Assembly (NCBI GenBank): GCA_028826165.1
Contig: JAPDFW010000053.1
Location: 124,001 to 188,000 of the forward strand
Origin: Anaeramoeba ignava BMAN
Taxonomy: Eukaryota; Protista; Anaeramoebae
Reading direction: 5' to 3'
Length of the DNA stretch: 64,000 nt
The notes beneath the pieces are model-generated. The model was not told where the DNA came from and ran no database searches. It was given only the letters and a program-made list of their open reading frames with translations. Within the stretch, counting starts at the first letter, position 1; each line of letters begins with the position of its first letter. Positions 1 through 13,678 of this stretch are shown piece after piece. A program made the position numbers and the translations under genes.

Positions 1-61
1 CATTTTTTTCCTTTTTAAAAAAATTTTTATTTCTATTTTTAAATTTTATTTTTTAAAGAAA

Positions 62-3000
62 ATGATTGTTGGAAAAATTTTAACAGTTTCTAATTTAAAT
101 AAAATTTATTCAATTGTTCGAAATTATAAAAATATAAAATTTTATTCCAAAGAAATTAAAACAAAAAAAGAAAAAACAGATTTTAAAGTTGAAAAAAAGA
201 AAGATGGTTTAATAGAAATACCAACAACTCCAAAAGAACCAGCTGGAGCAAGACATATGCCTACTGATATAGTTTTAGTGAGGCATGGTGAATCTGAAGG
301 AAATGTTTATTTGAGAAAATCAAATCATTCATTTAAAGAAACTTTTATAAATAGACCAAGTATTTTTTACATTTAGAAACTATTTTATAAATCTAAATAT
401 AAATCTAAATCTAAATCTAAATCTAAATCTAAATATAAATATAAATCTAAATCTAAATCTAAATCTAAATCTAAATTTAAATCTAAATCTAAATTTAAAT
501 CTAAATCTAAATATAAATCTAAATCTATTTTTAAATCAATTTTTAAATCAATTTTTAAATCTATTTTTAAATCAATTTTTAAATCAATTTTTAAATCTAT
601 TTTTAAATCAATTTATAAATCTATTTTTAAATCAATTTATAAATCTATTTTTAAATCAATTTTTAAATCAATTTTTAAATCAATTTTTAAATATATTTTT
701 AAATCTATTTTTAAATCTAAATATAAATATAAATCAATTTTTAAATCTATTTTTAAATCAATTTTTAAATCTATTTTTAAATCTATTTTTAAATCTATTT
801 TTATATCTATTTTTAAATCTATTTTTAAATCAATTTTTAAATCTAAATATAAATCTAAATATAAATATAAATCTAAATCTATTTATAAATCAATTTATAA
901 ATCTATTTTTAAATCTATTTTCTAAATCTAAATATAAATCTATTTTTAAATCAACATTTAAATCAATTTTTAAATCTATTTTTAAATCAATATTTAAATC
1001 AATTTATAAATCTATTTATAAATCAATTTATAAATCTATTTTTAAATCTATTTTTAAATCTATTTTTAAATCAATATTTAAATCAATTTATAAATCAATT
1101 TATAAATCAATTTTTAAATCAATTTTTAAATCTATTTTTAAATCTATTTATAAATCTATTTTTAAATATATTTTTAAATATATTTTTAAATCAATTTTTA
1201 AATCAATTTTTAAATCTATTTATAAATCAATTTTTAAATCTATTTTTAAATCAATTTATAAATCAATTTTTAAATCTATTTTTAAATATATTTATAAATC
1301 TATTTTTAAATCTATTTTTAAATCAATTTTTAAATCTATTTTTAAATCAATTTTTAAATCTATTTTTAAATCTATTTATAAATCAATTTTTAAATCTATT
1401 TTTAAATCAATTTATAAATCAATTTTTAAATCAATATTTAAATCTATTTTTAAATCTATTTATAAATCTATTTATAAATCTATTTTTAAATCTATTTTTA
1501 AATCAATTTTTAAATCAATATTTAAATCTATTTTTAAATCTATTTATAAATCTATTTATAAATCTATTTTTAAATCTATTTTTAAATCAATTTTTAAATC
1601 TATTTTTAAATCTATTTATAAATCTATTTTTAAATCAATATTTAAATCAATTTATAAATCTATTTTTAAATCAATATTTAAATCAATTTATAAATCTATT
1701 TATAAATCTATTTTTAAATCTATTTTTAAATCAATTTTTAAATCTATTTATAAATCTATTTTTAAATCTATTTTTAAATCAATTTTTAAATCTATTTTTA
1801 AATCAATTTTTAAATCTATTTTTAAATCAATTTTTAAATCAATTTTTAAATCTATTTATAAATCAATTTATAAATCTATTTTTAAATCATTTTTAAATCT
1901 ATTTTTAAATCTATTTTTAAATCAATTTTTAAATCTATTTATAAATCAATTTTTAAATCTATTTTTAAATCAATTTATAAATCAATTTTTAAATCAATTT
2001 TTAAATCAATTTTTAAATCTATTTTTAAAATCTATTTATAAATCTATTTTTAAATCTATTTTTAAATCTATTTTTAAATCTAAATCAATTTATAAATCAA
2101 TTTCTAAATCTAAATTTAAATCTATTTATAAATCTATTTTTAAATCAATTTTTAAATCTATTTTTAAATCAATATTTAAATCTATTTTTAAATCAATATT
2201 TAAATCAATTTTTAAATCAATTTATAAATCAATTTATAAATCTATTTATAAATCAACTTTTAATTCTATTTATAAATCTATTTTTAAATTTATTTTTAAA
2301 TCTATTTTTAAATCTATTTATAAATCAATTTTTAAATCTATTTTTAAATCTATTTTTAAATCAATATTTAAATCTATTTTTAAATCTATTTTTAAATCAA
2401 TTTTTAAATCTATTTATAAATCTATTTTTAAATCAATATTTAAATCTATTTTTAAATCTATTTTTAAATCTATTTTTAAATCTATTTTTAAATCTATTTT
2501 TAAATCTATTTTTAAATCTATTTTTAAATCTATTTTTAAATCTATTTTTAAATCTATTTTTAAATCAATTTATAAATCAATTTATAAATCAATTCCTAAA
2601 ATAAAAATTAAGCTTCGTTATGGAGATTAACAAAAAAAGGAAGAGAACAAGCAAATACAACAGGAGATTGGATTAAAAAAAATATATCTTCACAATTTTA
2701 TCGATATTATACAAGTGAATATTTAAGAGCAATGGAAACAGCAGCTTTATTTAATATTCCTAATGCTCATTGGCTTACAGCTACTTATTTACGTGAAAGA
2801 GATTGGGGTCAATTTGAATTATTAACAAATGAAGAAAGATGGGAAAGATTTAGATTAGAAATGATGAGAAGAAAAAGGGATAGTTTCTATTTTGCTCCTC
2901 CTGGTGGTATTTAAATCAAAATCAAAATCAAAATTTAAATCAAAATATAAATCAAAATCAAAATCAAATTTAAAATTAAAATTAAAATATAAATCAAAAT

Positions 3001-4180
3001 ATAAATCAAAATATAAATCAAAATATAAATCAAAATTTAAAATCAAAATTAAAATCAAAATCAAAATCAAAATCAAAATATAAATTAAAATCAAAATTTA
3101 AATCAAAATCAAAATCAAAATCAAAATCAAAATCAAAATCAAAATCAAAATCAAAATCAAAATCAAAATCAAAATCAAAATCAAAATCAAAATCAAAATC
3201 AAAATCAAAATCAAAATCAAAATCAAAATCAAAATCAAAATCAAATTCAAATTCAAATCAAATTTAAAATTAAAATCAAAATCAAAATCAAATTTAAAAT
3301 TAAAATATAAATCAAAATCAAAATATAAATTAAAATATAAATTAAAATCAAAATCAAAATCAAAATCAAAATTAAAATCCAAAATCAAAATATAAATTAA
3401 AATATAAATTAAAATCAAAATCAAAATCAAAATCAAAATCAAAATATAAATTAAAATATAAATCAAAATCAAATTTAAAATCAAAATCAAAATCAAAATC
3501 AAAATCAAAATCAAAATTAAAATCAAAATTAAATTCAAATTCAAATTCAAAATCAAAATTAAAATTAAAATCAAAATCAAAATATAAATTAAAATCAAAA
3601 TTTAAATTAAAATCCAAAATCAAAATTAAAATAAAAATATAAATTCAAATCAAAATTTAATCAAAATCAAAATTAAATTCAAAAATCAAAATCAAAATCA
3701 AAATTGGAAAAAAATTAAAATTAAAATTAAAATTAAAAAAAAGGTGAATCAATGGCTCAAGTTCTTGTTAGAGTTGATCATGTTCTCTCAATTTTACATT
3801 CAGAATGTTCACATAAAAAAATATTAATTGTTTCACATGGAGAAGTAATATCAGCATTTATGATCAGATTAGAAAAAATATCACAAATTCAATATAAAGA
3901 ATTCTGCGAATCACATAAAACAGAACCTCATAGATTACTCAATTACTGTCAAGTAGTTCATTACACAAGAATAAATCCAGAAACAAAACAAATCTCTCCA
4001 AATTTAAAATGGGTTCGAAGTGTTTGTCCTTGGAATATCAAAAAATCTGATTTAAATTGGAGAGAATTTGGTAGAACTTTTTATACAAATGAAAAAATTT
4101 TGGAAGTTGTTTCAAAATATCCTCCTTTAATTGATTCTGAAGAAGATGATCTTGAAGATGATCTTGAAGATGATTCTTGA
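62..4180 (+). CDS. Histidine phosphatase / phosphoglycerate mutase family protein, 3 exons (62-359, 2613-2906, 3744-4180)
   Basis: Motifs LVRHGESEGN, WRLTKKGREQA, TSEYLRAMETA, LRERDWG, PPGGES and IVSHGE. The GT-AG introns 360-2612 and 2907-3743 join the three ORF pieces in frame. Confidence 0.9.
380..2600 (+). repeat. Intronic 12-bp satellite (AAATC[T/A]ATTT[T/A]T)n, ~2.2 kb, preceded by (AAATCT)n
   Basis: Directly visible degenerate tandem repeat filling intron 1. It contains no G on the sense strand. Confidence 0.95.
2910..3735 (+). repeat. Intronic hexamer microsatellite (AAAATC/AAAATT/ATATAA)n
   Basis: Visible tandem repeat filling intron 2. It generates the spurious ILILIL/SKSK/DFDF ORFs. 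Confidence 0.95.
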
Positions 4181-4420
4181 AATTTTTTTTAATTGAATTG
4201 AATTTTTTTAATTTGAATTGAATTTTTTTTGAATTTAAATTGAAATTTTTTAAATTTAAATTGAAATTTTTTAATTGAATTGAATTTTTTAATTTGAATT
4301 GAAATTTTTTTAATTTGAATTGAAATTTTTTTAATTTGAATTGAAATTTTTTTAATTTGAATTGAATTTTTTTTAATTTGAATTGAAATTTTTTTGAATA
4401 AAAAAAAATATTCAGTTTTC

Positions 4421-7400
4421 TTAAAATATTTCATCTTCTTGTTCATCTTTCTCAAATCCTTCAAAATATCCATCTTTTTCATTTTCAGATAAAATAGATA
4501 AATTAATTAACATAATAATCATTTTTTCCATAATTTCATCCCAATTTTCCAAACTTGAATAATCAGAAACAATTCTTGCAAAAATATCATTTCGATATTT
4601 AATATTCATAAACAAATTGTAAATATGATTCAAAGCATCATAATAAATATTCTCATCAATATTTAATGTTTCAAAATATGGGAAAAATTGGACATTTTGA
4701 TCCAAAACTTTTTCAGTTGAAAAATCAACATCAGAAAACAAACATTCCCTTTTTTCAAAATCAATCATATTTTGCAAATTGATTTCCTTTTTGCAAATCA
4801 ATTTTTTTTCTTCATAATTTTTCAATAAACATATCACTTGTTCATTTGGTTGGAAATTAGGGATTGATTCTTGAGATAAATTTGGCTTCATTTGAACAAT
4901 ATTGATTGGCTCAAGAAGCCTTTCCATAAATTTCTTTGTTTGGGGAATAAAAGAATCAACAACATCATTAAGACTTTCCATTGTGGATCCTTCAGGAAAC
5001 ATTGCACGATTAGCGATTGACTGAATCACTTTGGAAATCAATACTAATGCTCTTCTATTTGTTGATGTTGGAGTTGTATTCGTGATTCCAAATTGTTCGG
5101 GTGTTACAATCGATGGGCATATAAATCGTAGGAAAACAAATCCTGAAAGCACAACATATTTTGTCTTTTCATCAGGAAATTTCTTAAATGTAATTTCGGA
5201 TAAAATTTGGCACACAATTCGATAAATAACAGGCATATAAGAGATTGACGAGAATATGTTGTGCAATAATTCCTCTGAATAATCTCGTATTTTTATCAGA
5301 TTTTCTCGGTTCATATCATTTTGAATTCCATCTTCAGGATAAATTTCAAATGCTGAATTGCAATCCATAATTTCTTGTATTGTTTTTCCAATTGATTTTT
5401 TAAGATGAAACCTTCCAAACATTTTCGCCATTTCTGATAGTATTTTGCTTGATTCGCTTTTTCCTCGAAATAGACATGATATGTTTGTTGTGCTATTCAC
5501 TTCTTTTCTAACAAGTTCTTCAATTAAACTTATCAGTGGTTTTTTGTGATATGCAAATATTATTATCATATCTTTACATAATGTTTCTGAGTTGAATGAA
5601 CCAATTTCTTCCAAAATAATGAGTGGAAAATTTATATTCTGAATAAATAAAAGTTCCATAAATTGTGCTTTTTCTTCATTATTTAAAATCTTCAATTGAT
5701 TTTGATTTTGATTTTGATTTTCATTCTCATTTTCATTTTCATTTTCATTTTCATTTTCCATTTTTGATTTACTTTTCGATTTTGATTTTGATTTGCCTTT
5801 TGATTTGCTCTTTGTAATTTGGATTGCTTGAAGAGTTATTCTTGATGGGAAAACAATTTTCACATTTGAACTATCAATATAATAATATTTCCCATTCTTT
5901 TCAACAAGAATTTTACCATTAACAATTTCATCATGATTTTTAGGAATCTCAATATTGAACCATTGATCTTTTGGTTGATTGAAAGAAGGAATTGATTCAT
6001 TTTTTTTGAAATTCGAATCTGAATCTTTTTCTTGAATCAAATTCATTGTTGATAATAATTGCAAATATTTTGAAGGAACATAAGCACGAGGATTATTATC
6101 ACTATCATTCGCAATATGAATTCTCAACAAATTTGAGAGTGTGATTAATTCCCAAATTTCATAAAGTTTGATATTCGATTGAAATTTTGAAAATTGGTTT
6201 TGGATTGATTGTTGTTTTTGGAGATCAATTTGGTGGTCATGTGTTTGAAGGTAAATTTTGCGCAAGGAATCAATTTGATTAAGACAAATATCCATTTGTG
6301 ATTCCAGCCAATCGCGAGCATCTTGAAGATCTAATTGGAATTTAGCAAGACGTTTTGAATTTTGAATTATATTTTTTTGATTTTGATTTTGATTTTGATT
6401 TTGATTTTGATTTTGATTTTGATTTTGATTTTGATTTTGATTTTGATTTTGAGAAAGATCTCCAATTTTAGATATTGGATTATTTATTGGATCTCCAATT
6501 AGTAATTGAAATGTTTTCAGAATGTTGAATGAATCAACCCATTTCTGTGCAACTTCACGAGAGAATGTTGATATAATCCAAGTTTTGGAATCGTTTTTGA
6601 GATGGAATAAATTTCCTTGAGCAGTTTTTGGAAGAAGAACTATATATTTTTCAAGCAAGGATTTTTCCTCTTCATTGAGTAATCTAATCTCATCAATTTC
6701 ATCCATTTTTATTGTTTTCACTGAACGAACATCGTTGATATCATTATAAAATTCGAGATCAGAACCGTTAATTTTAGCCCAATATTTCTTCCATTTGGAT
6801 GAAGTGAACCGTTTTGATTGAAGAACGAAAAGTGTGCCTGTTTTGTTGATAGGAGGCTTAATGATATGGAAATGAAACACTGTTGGTTGGACTTTATTTG
6901 ATAGAAAAGAATATATTTGTGTTGATTGTTTATCAAGTTCCATTTTTTTGATGATCCGCATATTTTTTGGATCAATAAACCCATTTTCGTTGTTAGTAAG
7001 ATTTGTTGCAAGAATTAATTGATGTTCTCGATTCAAAATGTTTGTGTATTGAGAATCAATTACAAACCATTGATATTTTTGATATTTCAATTTTTTCGTG
7101 TTTTTTGTTTGTTGTAAATTTTCTCGAAATGAAAATCCAAAAATCATTTTATCGAAATTGCTCAAATTTGAAAACAAAATCCAACAAATTTTAGAAAGAA
7201 TTAAATTCCTCCATCTTTTGTGATTCCTAATTTTAGAGCTTGAGAAATTAATTTTCTTCTTGGTCGAAATGTAAGAGTAATCATCGTAGTTCTCATAAAA
7301 TTGAAGTAAATTTTGGTATCCAATTTTCTCTTCTTTTTCTCGAATGATTTCTGTTTCGCTCCATTGATATAAATTAAACAGTGTATCCAATGCACTTTGT

Positions 7401-10400
7401 TTTTCATTTCCATTTTCATTCGAGAAAATTTTTGGAATTTGAAAGAAATTTGTGAATTCTGAAATTTTGTTGATTTTGTTCAGCCATTTATTAAGTTCAT
7501 CGTTATTTTCTACAGCAAAATATGTCTGGGAAATCAAGAAAGAAATTTGGAAGAGAAAATTTGTTGTTAGATCTGAAGAAAAAGGGTTTGAATTTTGGGG
7601 ATTTGGTGGTTGATTTGAATTAGAAAATGTATTTTGGATTGATTCGGGATAATTCAATAAATTCTTTTGTATTTTGAGATATTTGTTGATTCGGAATATT
7701 TTGGAGAATAAGTTGATTATTATTATTATTATCATCAATGTTTTCTTTTTTGATTGCAAATAAATGATCTCGAAGATCAAGAATTTTTGCAGGAATAGTT
7801 GATGTTGAAGAAGTGTAAAAAAGCATTATCCATCCGTTCATTACAACCCACCAACGGATCCAAGAATTCTCAACAAATTCATGAAGATTTCCTTGGTGAT
7901 AAACAGGAAAATTCATGATATCATCGTGCTTATCAATATTCCATTTACGAAGAAAATTAAGTGCGAATTCAACAGCTTGATTTTGATCAATCTCGTTAAG
8001 ATTATTGTGATATTCATCATCGAGATAATGGACAACTTTCTCAATAAGAGGTTGACGAAGTAAATTTGCTGGTTGATTTTTCAAAATTTGTGGAAGTTGC
8101 TGATTTGATTGAATGTTTGTATTTTGGGATTCTTTTTGTTGTTGAATAAGATTAATATTCGATGAAATGAGAAGATCTTTTTTGGATAGATTCAAATGGG
8201 GAGAATCTTGAGAAGTTTTTGGATCTTTTTTTCTGTTTGAAGAAATTTTTGATTGATTCAAATTATTTTTTGGAGATGAAAACTTTTCTTTTGGATTTTG
8301 TTTTTCTTGGTGTTGAATTCTGGATTGTTCTTTTGAAAATTTAAGTTTCAGCTGAGAATCTTGGGTTGAATTTGGGGATTCTCTGATAAAACTCATTGGA
8401 GAAGAAGGAAGAACAATCTCAACTTTGTTTGAAGGAATTAAACCAGTTTTTCCTTCAAGATTTTTGCAAAGCCAAGATTCAGAGGATTGCATTTTGATAA
8501 GAACCAAGAATTCGTTTTGGGAAAAAGCAAGTTCGTTTTGGTTTTTTGCGTTATAATTTTCAAGACAAAAAACGCGTTTGTTAAAATCAAATTGGGATGT
8601 GATGAGGAGTCTGCATACACGCGAAAGACACATTTTCCGCCAATCTTGCAAATTTTTGAGCCAATAATGAGTCTTTTGGATTTCCTTTTTGTGAGCAACA
8701 CCAAGACTCTGGTTTGCCATTAAACGAAGCTGAAGATCTGATTCTAGGGCAATCTCGCGTTGAAGCCAAGAGATTGCTTTGATATATTGTTCGTGGAAAT
8801 CCTTTTCTTCGCGTTTTTGCTGGGAAAATGGTGATATTAATAAGGTATATAAATTCTGTGCAATTTCACATGCATTCATCCATTGTTTTATTTTTGTATG
8901 AGAATCAGCACCAAAAAACCACACTTTTTTCTGTTTGTCAAGAATTCGGAAAAAATATTTTCCGTTTTGCACTTCTGCATGATTTTCAACATCTGCAAAC
9001 TCAGAAAGATGAAGAATAAATTCTGCGCCCGATTCGACCATCGAGTCTCTTTTGTTGCGGAACAAATACAGGGTCCAGGAATTGATCATCATCCACCGCA
9101 GTTTCCAAACATCCCTATTTTGCGATGGGATCTCATTGAATAAACCACGACGCAAATAAACCTCGTCTTCAAGAAATATAGGGAGTTTTGCTTGAATTCC
9201 AGAAAATTCAAATGAGGGTATTTTGGGTTTTTTCTGGTTTGGTGGCAATATAAACGTGTTGGATTCAAAAACAGCGCTTTTGGATGATCTTGATTTGGAA
9301 AATTCTTCAATTACTTGAGGACGTGCAATGCACTCGAATTCTCTCTGTGAAACATCGTGTAAATCACTGATTTCTTGTTCTTGATCATCCATTGTCACCA
9401 TTTCCACATTTTTTTCAGGAACATCTCCCACTTTTCCATGGAAATGAACCTTCATGATTCCGCCCTGTGGTTTTCTAACAAGGGTCATCCAATCTCCACG
9501 TTTGAATGAAAGTTGGTTGCGTTTGAGTGGCTGATAACTTTTCCATGCAAGCACCATTTTGTGGAGATCATCCTCCTTCTTCATGTTTGATTGAGCATCC
9601 ATATTCATCAAAAATAGTCTGAATTTCCCAATATTATCCATTAAAATAAAAGATGAATTCTGATTTTCCATTTCTAATTTAAACGAATCAAGAAATTCCA
9701 CAATTGACATTGTTGCCAAAGTATGTTTTTTTTTATCCTCCAAAGTTTGTGGAGCTTGACTCAATTGATAAAATAAATGTGATATTAATAATGCATCCAT
9801 CCATTCAATAAATTCCTCATAATTTTCTGTTGAAAAGAAAAAACGGGATTCACTAACTCCTTTTTCCCGTATTTTGATTGTGTATTTCCCAGGATTTTCC
9901 TTATCAACAAGCTGAGAAATTTGCACAACTTTCCGCAAATCAATTCCAAAAACGGGTTTATTTTTGTTGCTCTGTTGAAAAACCCCAAAAAACCAACCTT
10001 TCAGAAAAACCCAAAATTTCTTGTTGATAATTTTCCTTTCTCGTGATTTAATTGTTGCAATTTGGGTTTCAAGAAGTCCGTTTTTTTGGATTGGGGGGAA
10101 AAACTCATTCTTTTTTTCATAATCTGCAAAATCATTGAATAATTTTTCTGCCTTTCCTGTTGTTATTTGCAAGGCTATTACTTTGTCTGCTTGTGATTGA
10201 GGAATATTTCCTGAATTTTTCCTTCTCAATTCGTTTGCGAAATGAAGAGGAATAATTTCGCATCTATTGCGAGGAATCAATCCAGTTATTTTCCCAACAC
10301 ATCCCTGTAAAAAATGCGAATCATAAGGTTTGATATCGCAAATCCATTCTCCAAATCCAAAGGGAATATGCGGGAAGGGCTTGAATTTAAGTGATAAATA

Positions 10401-12727
10401 GGGCGAAATTGAATAACCCATTTCCTCGGCTTCGTTATTTGGAAAATGGGTTATTACATACAAATTTAATAATTGTGAACGAAGCCGATTTAATGAAGAA
10501 ATTTCATTCTCAAATACAGATAGATTTTGTTTTAATTGGGTAATGATATTCTGGTATTTGTTTTGCTTATTATTAAATTCAATTTCTGGATCTTGTGATG
10601 GAAATTGATCCATTTTTATGTGTTGGAATTCGTATTGAGTTGTTGCTTTCGAGAGGATTTGAGGTGCTCCGTGATTTGTTTTATATTTACTTGAAAAACG
10701 TTGTTGATGGATTTTGTCATTTAGATTCATTCTGGTATTTTTTGGAGATTCTACAAAAGATAATCCTCGAGAATTCAATTTTCTGTTTTTCAATGGAGTT
10801 TTTTTTTTGTTTTGAATATTAAATTCGGCAAGTGATTTTGTTCTTGTATCTTTTTCTTCTTCAATTTCTTTCTGTTCTTCACTTTTTATTGAAAAATTTG
10901 AATTTGATTTTAATTTTGATTTTGATTTTGGATTTGAACCAATCAAAATTCTGTTCAATTCAAAAAGTTTTTTGTGTAATTTTATCCTTGTTTCTTCAGC
11001 AAACCCCAAAATATCAGCTCGTTTTTGTTCGATCCAAAAAACAAGTTCGTTTGTCATTTTTTCATAATTTAAAGAACTGTTAATATCAGGAGATGAAATA
11101 TGAGAGTTGTTTATCATGTTCCAATTCATAACTAAACGCATAATTTGGATCCATTCATCCAACAAATTTTGCTCAACAACTCCAAAAGTGTTCATTGAGT
11201 CTTGTATATAAACAGAAAAGCTAAAGGGATCGTTTTCTTGGGAATCAATTTTTTTGACGGATTTCAATTCGGATAATTTGTATGAAATTTCTGGAATTGA
11301 ATCGTACTTGGAATTGTAAATAAAGAAATGATTCTGGGAAATTTGCGCCCATTTTTGTTTCCAAACGTCTTGTTTTGATCTTGAATTATAAAGAAGAAGA
11401 TTATTTTGGAATTTGATTTCCAAATCTTGCAAATCACAGTTTGAATTTTGGATTAAATTTTCATTTTGGTTTTTATCATCAATAACAATTTTGTCAGGAA
11501 TAAGAAGGACAGTGTTATTAATAGGAAACCAGCCAACTTTTCCATTATTTTCTCCAAACCAGTATGTGTCTTGATACGCCTCAAGTAAATTGATCAAATC
11601 AAATTTCTGAAGTTGAAGTTCCTTCTCATTTCTCGGCATAAAATTCTCAACGACAAGTAAAAACTGGCGAGGCGAAGAATAAAGATCTTGGTGAATAAGA
11701 AATAAGTTGTGAAGTATAAATTGCTCCCATTTTTGGATTGTTTGCAATTTATGTCGAAAAATTATCAATTCCACATTTTGATTCAAAAAATGATCGTTTT
11801 TTTCATCTTGTTTTTGCTTTAAAGTTTGAATTTTGAGTTGTTCCAAAAATTCAAGTAAAGTTTTTAACAGATCTTTGTCGTAGTAATCCAGCTTTCTTTT
11901 TGGTAAATTTTGGAAAACTTGAATCAATTTAAGAGTTGAATTCCAAGATTCAAGTTCAAGTTGATTTTCAAACTGAAGAAAGTATTTTTGTTGATTGGCA
12001 GCAATTTCCAGAGTTGAAGGGATTACTGGATCAGATATATAAGGATAAAAAGAGAGGGGATTATTAAAATTAATTGAGAAAATTTTGGTTGAAATGTCCT
12101 GAGTTTGGTTGAAATCCGTTGTGTTATAAAATGAAAGAGTATTGTTTTCTAAAATCAAGAAACCTTTTTTGTGATTTAAAGTTTCATTTTCAAGAAGATT
12201 CACAACAGCCTTTTTATCAAATAAGGCTTCCAAATCGATATCTGTTTGTTGTTCGTCAAATTTCAGAAAAAGTCGCTTGATTTTTTCTTTTGGTTCTTCA
12301 AGTGTTCTGTATTTTTCAGGGATTCCAAAGTTGGATGAAAAGATTTCTGGGTTTGTTGGTGAGAATTTTTCAATATTCGCGTTAATTTTCATTTCATTTA
12401 TTCTCAATGTTTGGGATGAAATTATTTTTGAATTTTGCGTTTTTTGGATTGAAGTTAAAATTTCTTTTTGTGGATTTAAATTATTAATTGGGAAAGTAAA
12501 ATTTTCTAATGAAAAACAAATCCAAAAATTAATACCAAAAAATTCTTCAGTTAATTTTTTATTTTTTTTTTACCTGGAAATTTTCCTTTTTGTTTTGATT
12601 TTGTTGATATTCCAAAATTCCATCCATTTTCAATTTTTTCAATTTCTATTATTTCTCCTCTTTGGAAGTTTAGAATATTTTTAAATTGTGCAAGATAATC
12701 AAATAAAGCTATTGAAGAAAAAGCCAT
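4421..12727 (-). CDS. Giant multi-SH3/multi-PH Ras GTPase-activating protein (~2,740 aa); intron ~12507-12572; one frameshift near 7665
   Basis: Exon 1 (ATG 12727) encodes an SH3 domain (ALFDY..GW..GKFP|ENF). Further SH3 motifs include GKVGWFPINN, GKVGDVPEKNV and GKTGLIPSNKV. PH domains are marked by WKQKWAQI, WKLRWMMI and WKKYWAKI with C-terminal W-helices. RasGAP signatures are LFRGKSESSKIL, FVFLRFICPSIVTP and LVLISKVIQSIAN. A PH domain is split across ORFs 7620-12407 and 4421-7780. Confidence 0.85.
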
Positions 12728-12874
12728 TTAAAAAAAATGAAGAAAAAAAATGAAAAAAATGAAAAAAATTTTCTCAATTTTATTCCACTTTTTTTTTTAT
12801 TTTTAATTTTTATTTTTAAAAATTTTTTTTCATTTTTTTCATTTTTATTTTTCATTTTTCAATAAATTTTTAAA

Positions 12875-13570
12875 ATGCAAAATTTAGCTATTTCTGATAC
12901 TGGAGCAATTATTCATGAATTTTCAAGTCAATAGTAAATTAATTCTTTTAATTTTTTTTTTAAAAAAAAAATTCTTTTTACATTTTTTTTATCAAAACAA
13001 TATCAAAATTTTTTAATTAAAAAGTCATCATGAATCAAGATGTTCGAATTTATTACTTAGAGATCCTTCACTTGTTTGGTTTACATCAGTTACAGAACAA
13101 CGTTAATATTTTAAAAAAAATTCATAATTAAATTTTCAATTTAAAATTTTTTCAATTTAAAAATTTTTTCAATTTAAAATTTTGAAATATTTTTTCTTTT
13201 AGTTCCTCAATATGTTATTTTTAAATTAAAATCTGAAGCTGAAATTTATAAAGTTGGAATTTATCTTCATGGAGAAAATAATCAAAATCCAAAAAGTAAA
13301 AAAATTTTTCGAAAATTTTTCAATTCATTTTTTTATTCATTTTTTTTTTATTATAAAAAAGGAATTGAAATTTTAGTTTCTGAAAATGGAAAAGATTTTA
13401 TAAGTATTATTGAATCCGAACTTGAACATCGAGCTGGAGATTTTTTATTTAAATTAGATAAACCAATTAATGGTTCTTTTGTTAAGTTTCTTATAACTGA
13501 AAATTTTGGAGGATCTGGAATTTATATTTCAAAATGTTTTGTTTTTGGGAAATTAATAGAGAAAATTTAA
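12875..13570 (+). CDS. Small galactose-binding-like (F5/8C/discoidin) beta-sandwich protein, IFT25/HSPB11-like; 4 exons; not in the ORF track
   Basis: Manual splicing (introns ~12934-13024, 13102-13202, 13296-13361) gives MQNLAISDTGAIIHEFSSQYHHESRCSNLLLRDPSLVWFTSVTEQLPQYVIFKL...NPKRIEILVSENGKDF...FVKFLITENFGGSGIYISKCFVFG. Confidence 0.7.
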
Positions 13571-13598
13571 AATAAAAAAATTTTTTAAATCTTTTTTT

Positions 13599-13606
13599 TA
13601 ACGGTT
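13599..13606 (+). promoter_or_regulatory. Candidate Myb-binding (TAACGG) element upstream of the primase gene
   Basis: TAACGGTT lies ~75 bp before the primase ATG in otherwise nearly GC-free DNA. Function is inferred. Confidence 0.35.
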
Positions 13607-13678
13607 TTTATTTTTATTTTTTTAATTTAATTTAAAAATTTTTTTTTCATTTTTTTTCTCATTTTATTTAAAATAAAA

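Noticed and set aside
380-2600. Two-variant satellite units as telomeric repeats or an encoded pattern
   Set aside because: They are internal, intronic and G-free, each locus has a different unit, and the variant order looks like ordinary slippage.
2855-3776. ORFs of ILILIL/SKSK/DFDF type (also at 18935, 21438, 25143-25772, 61717-62361, 63423-63792)
   Set aside because: These are translations of microsatellites lacking stop codons, lying in introns or intergenic DNA.
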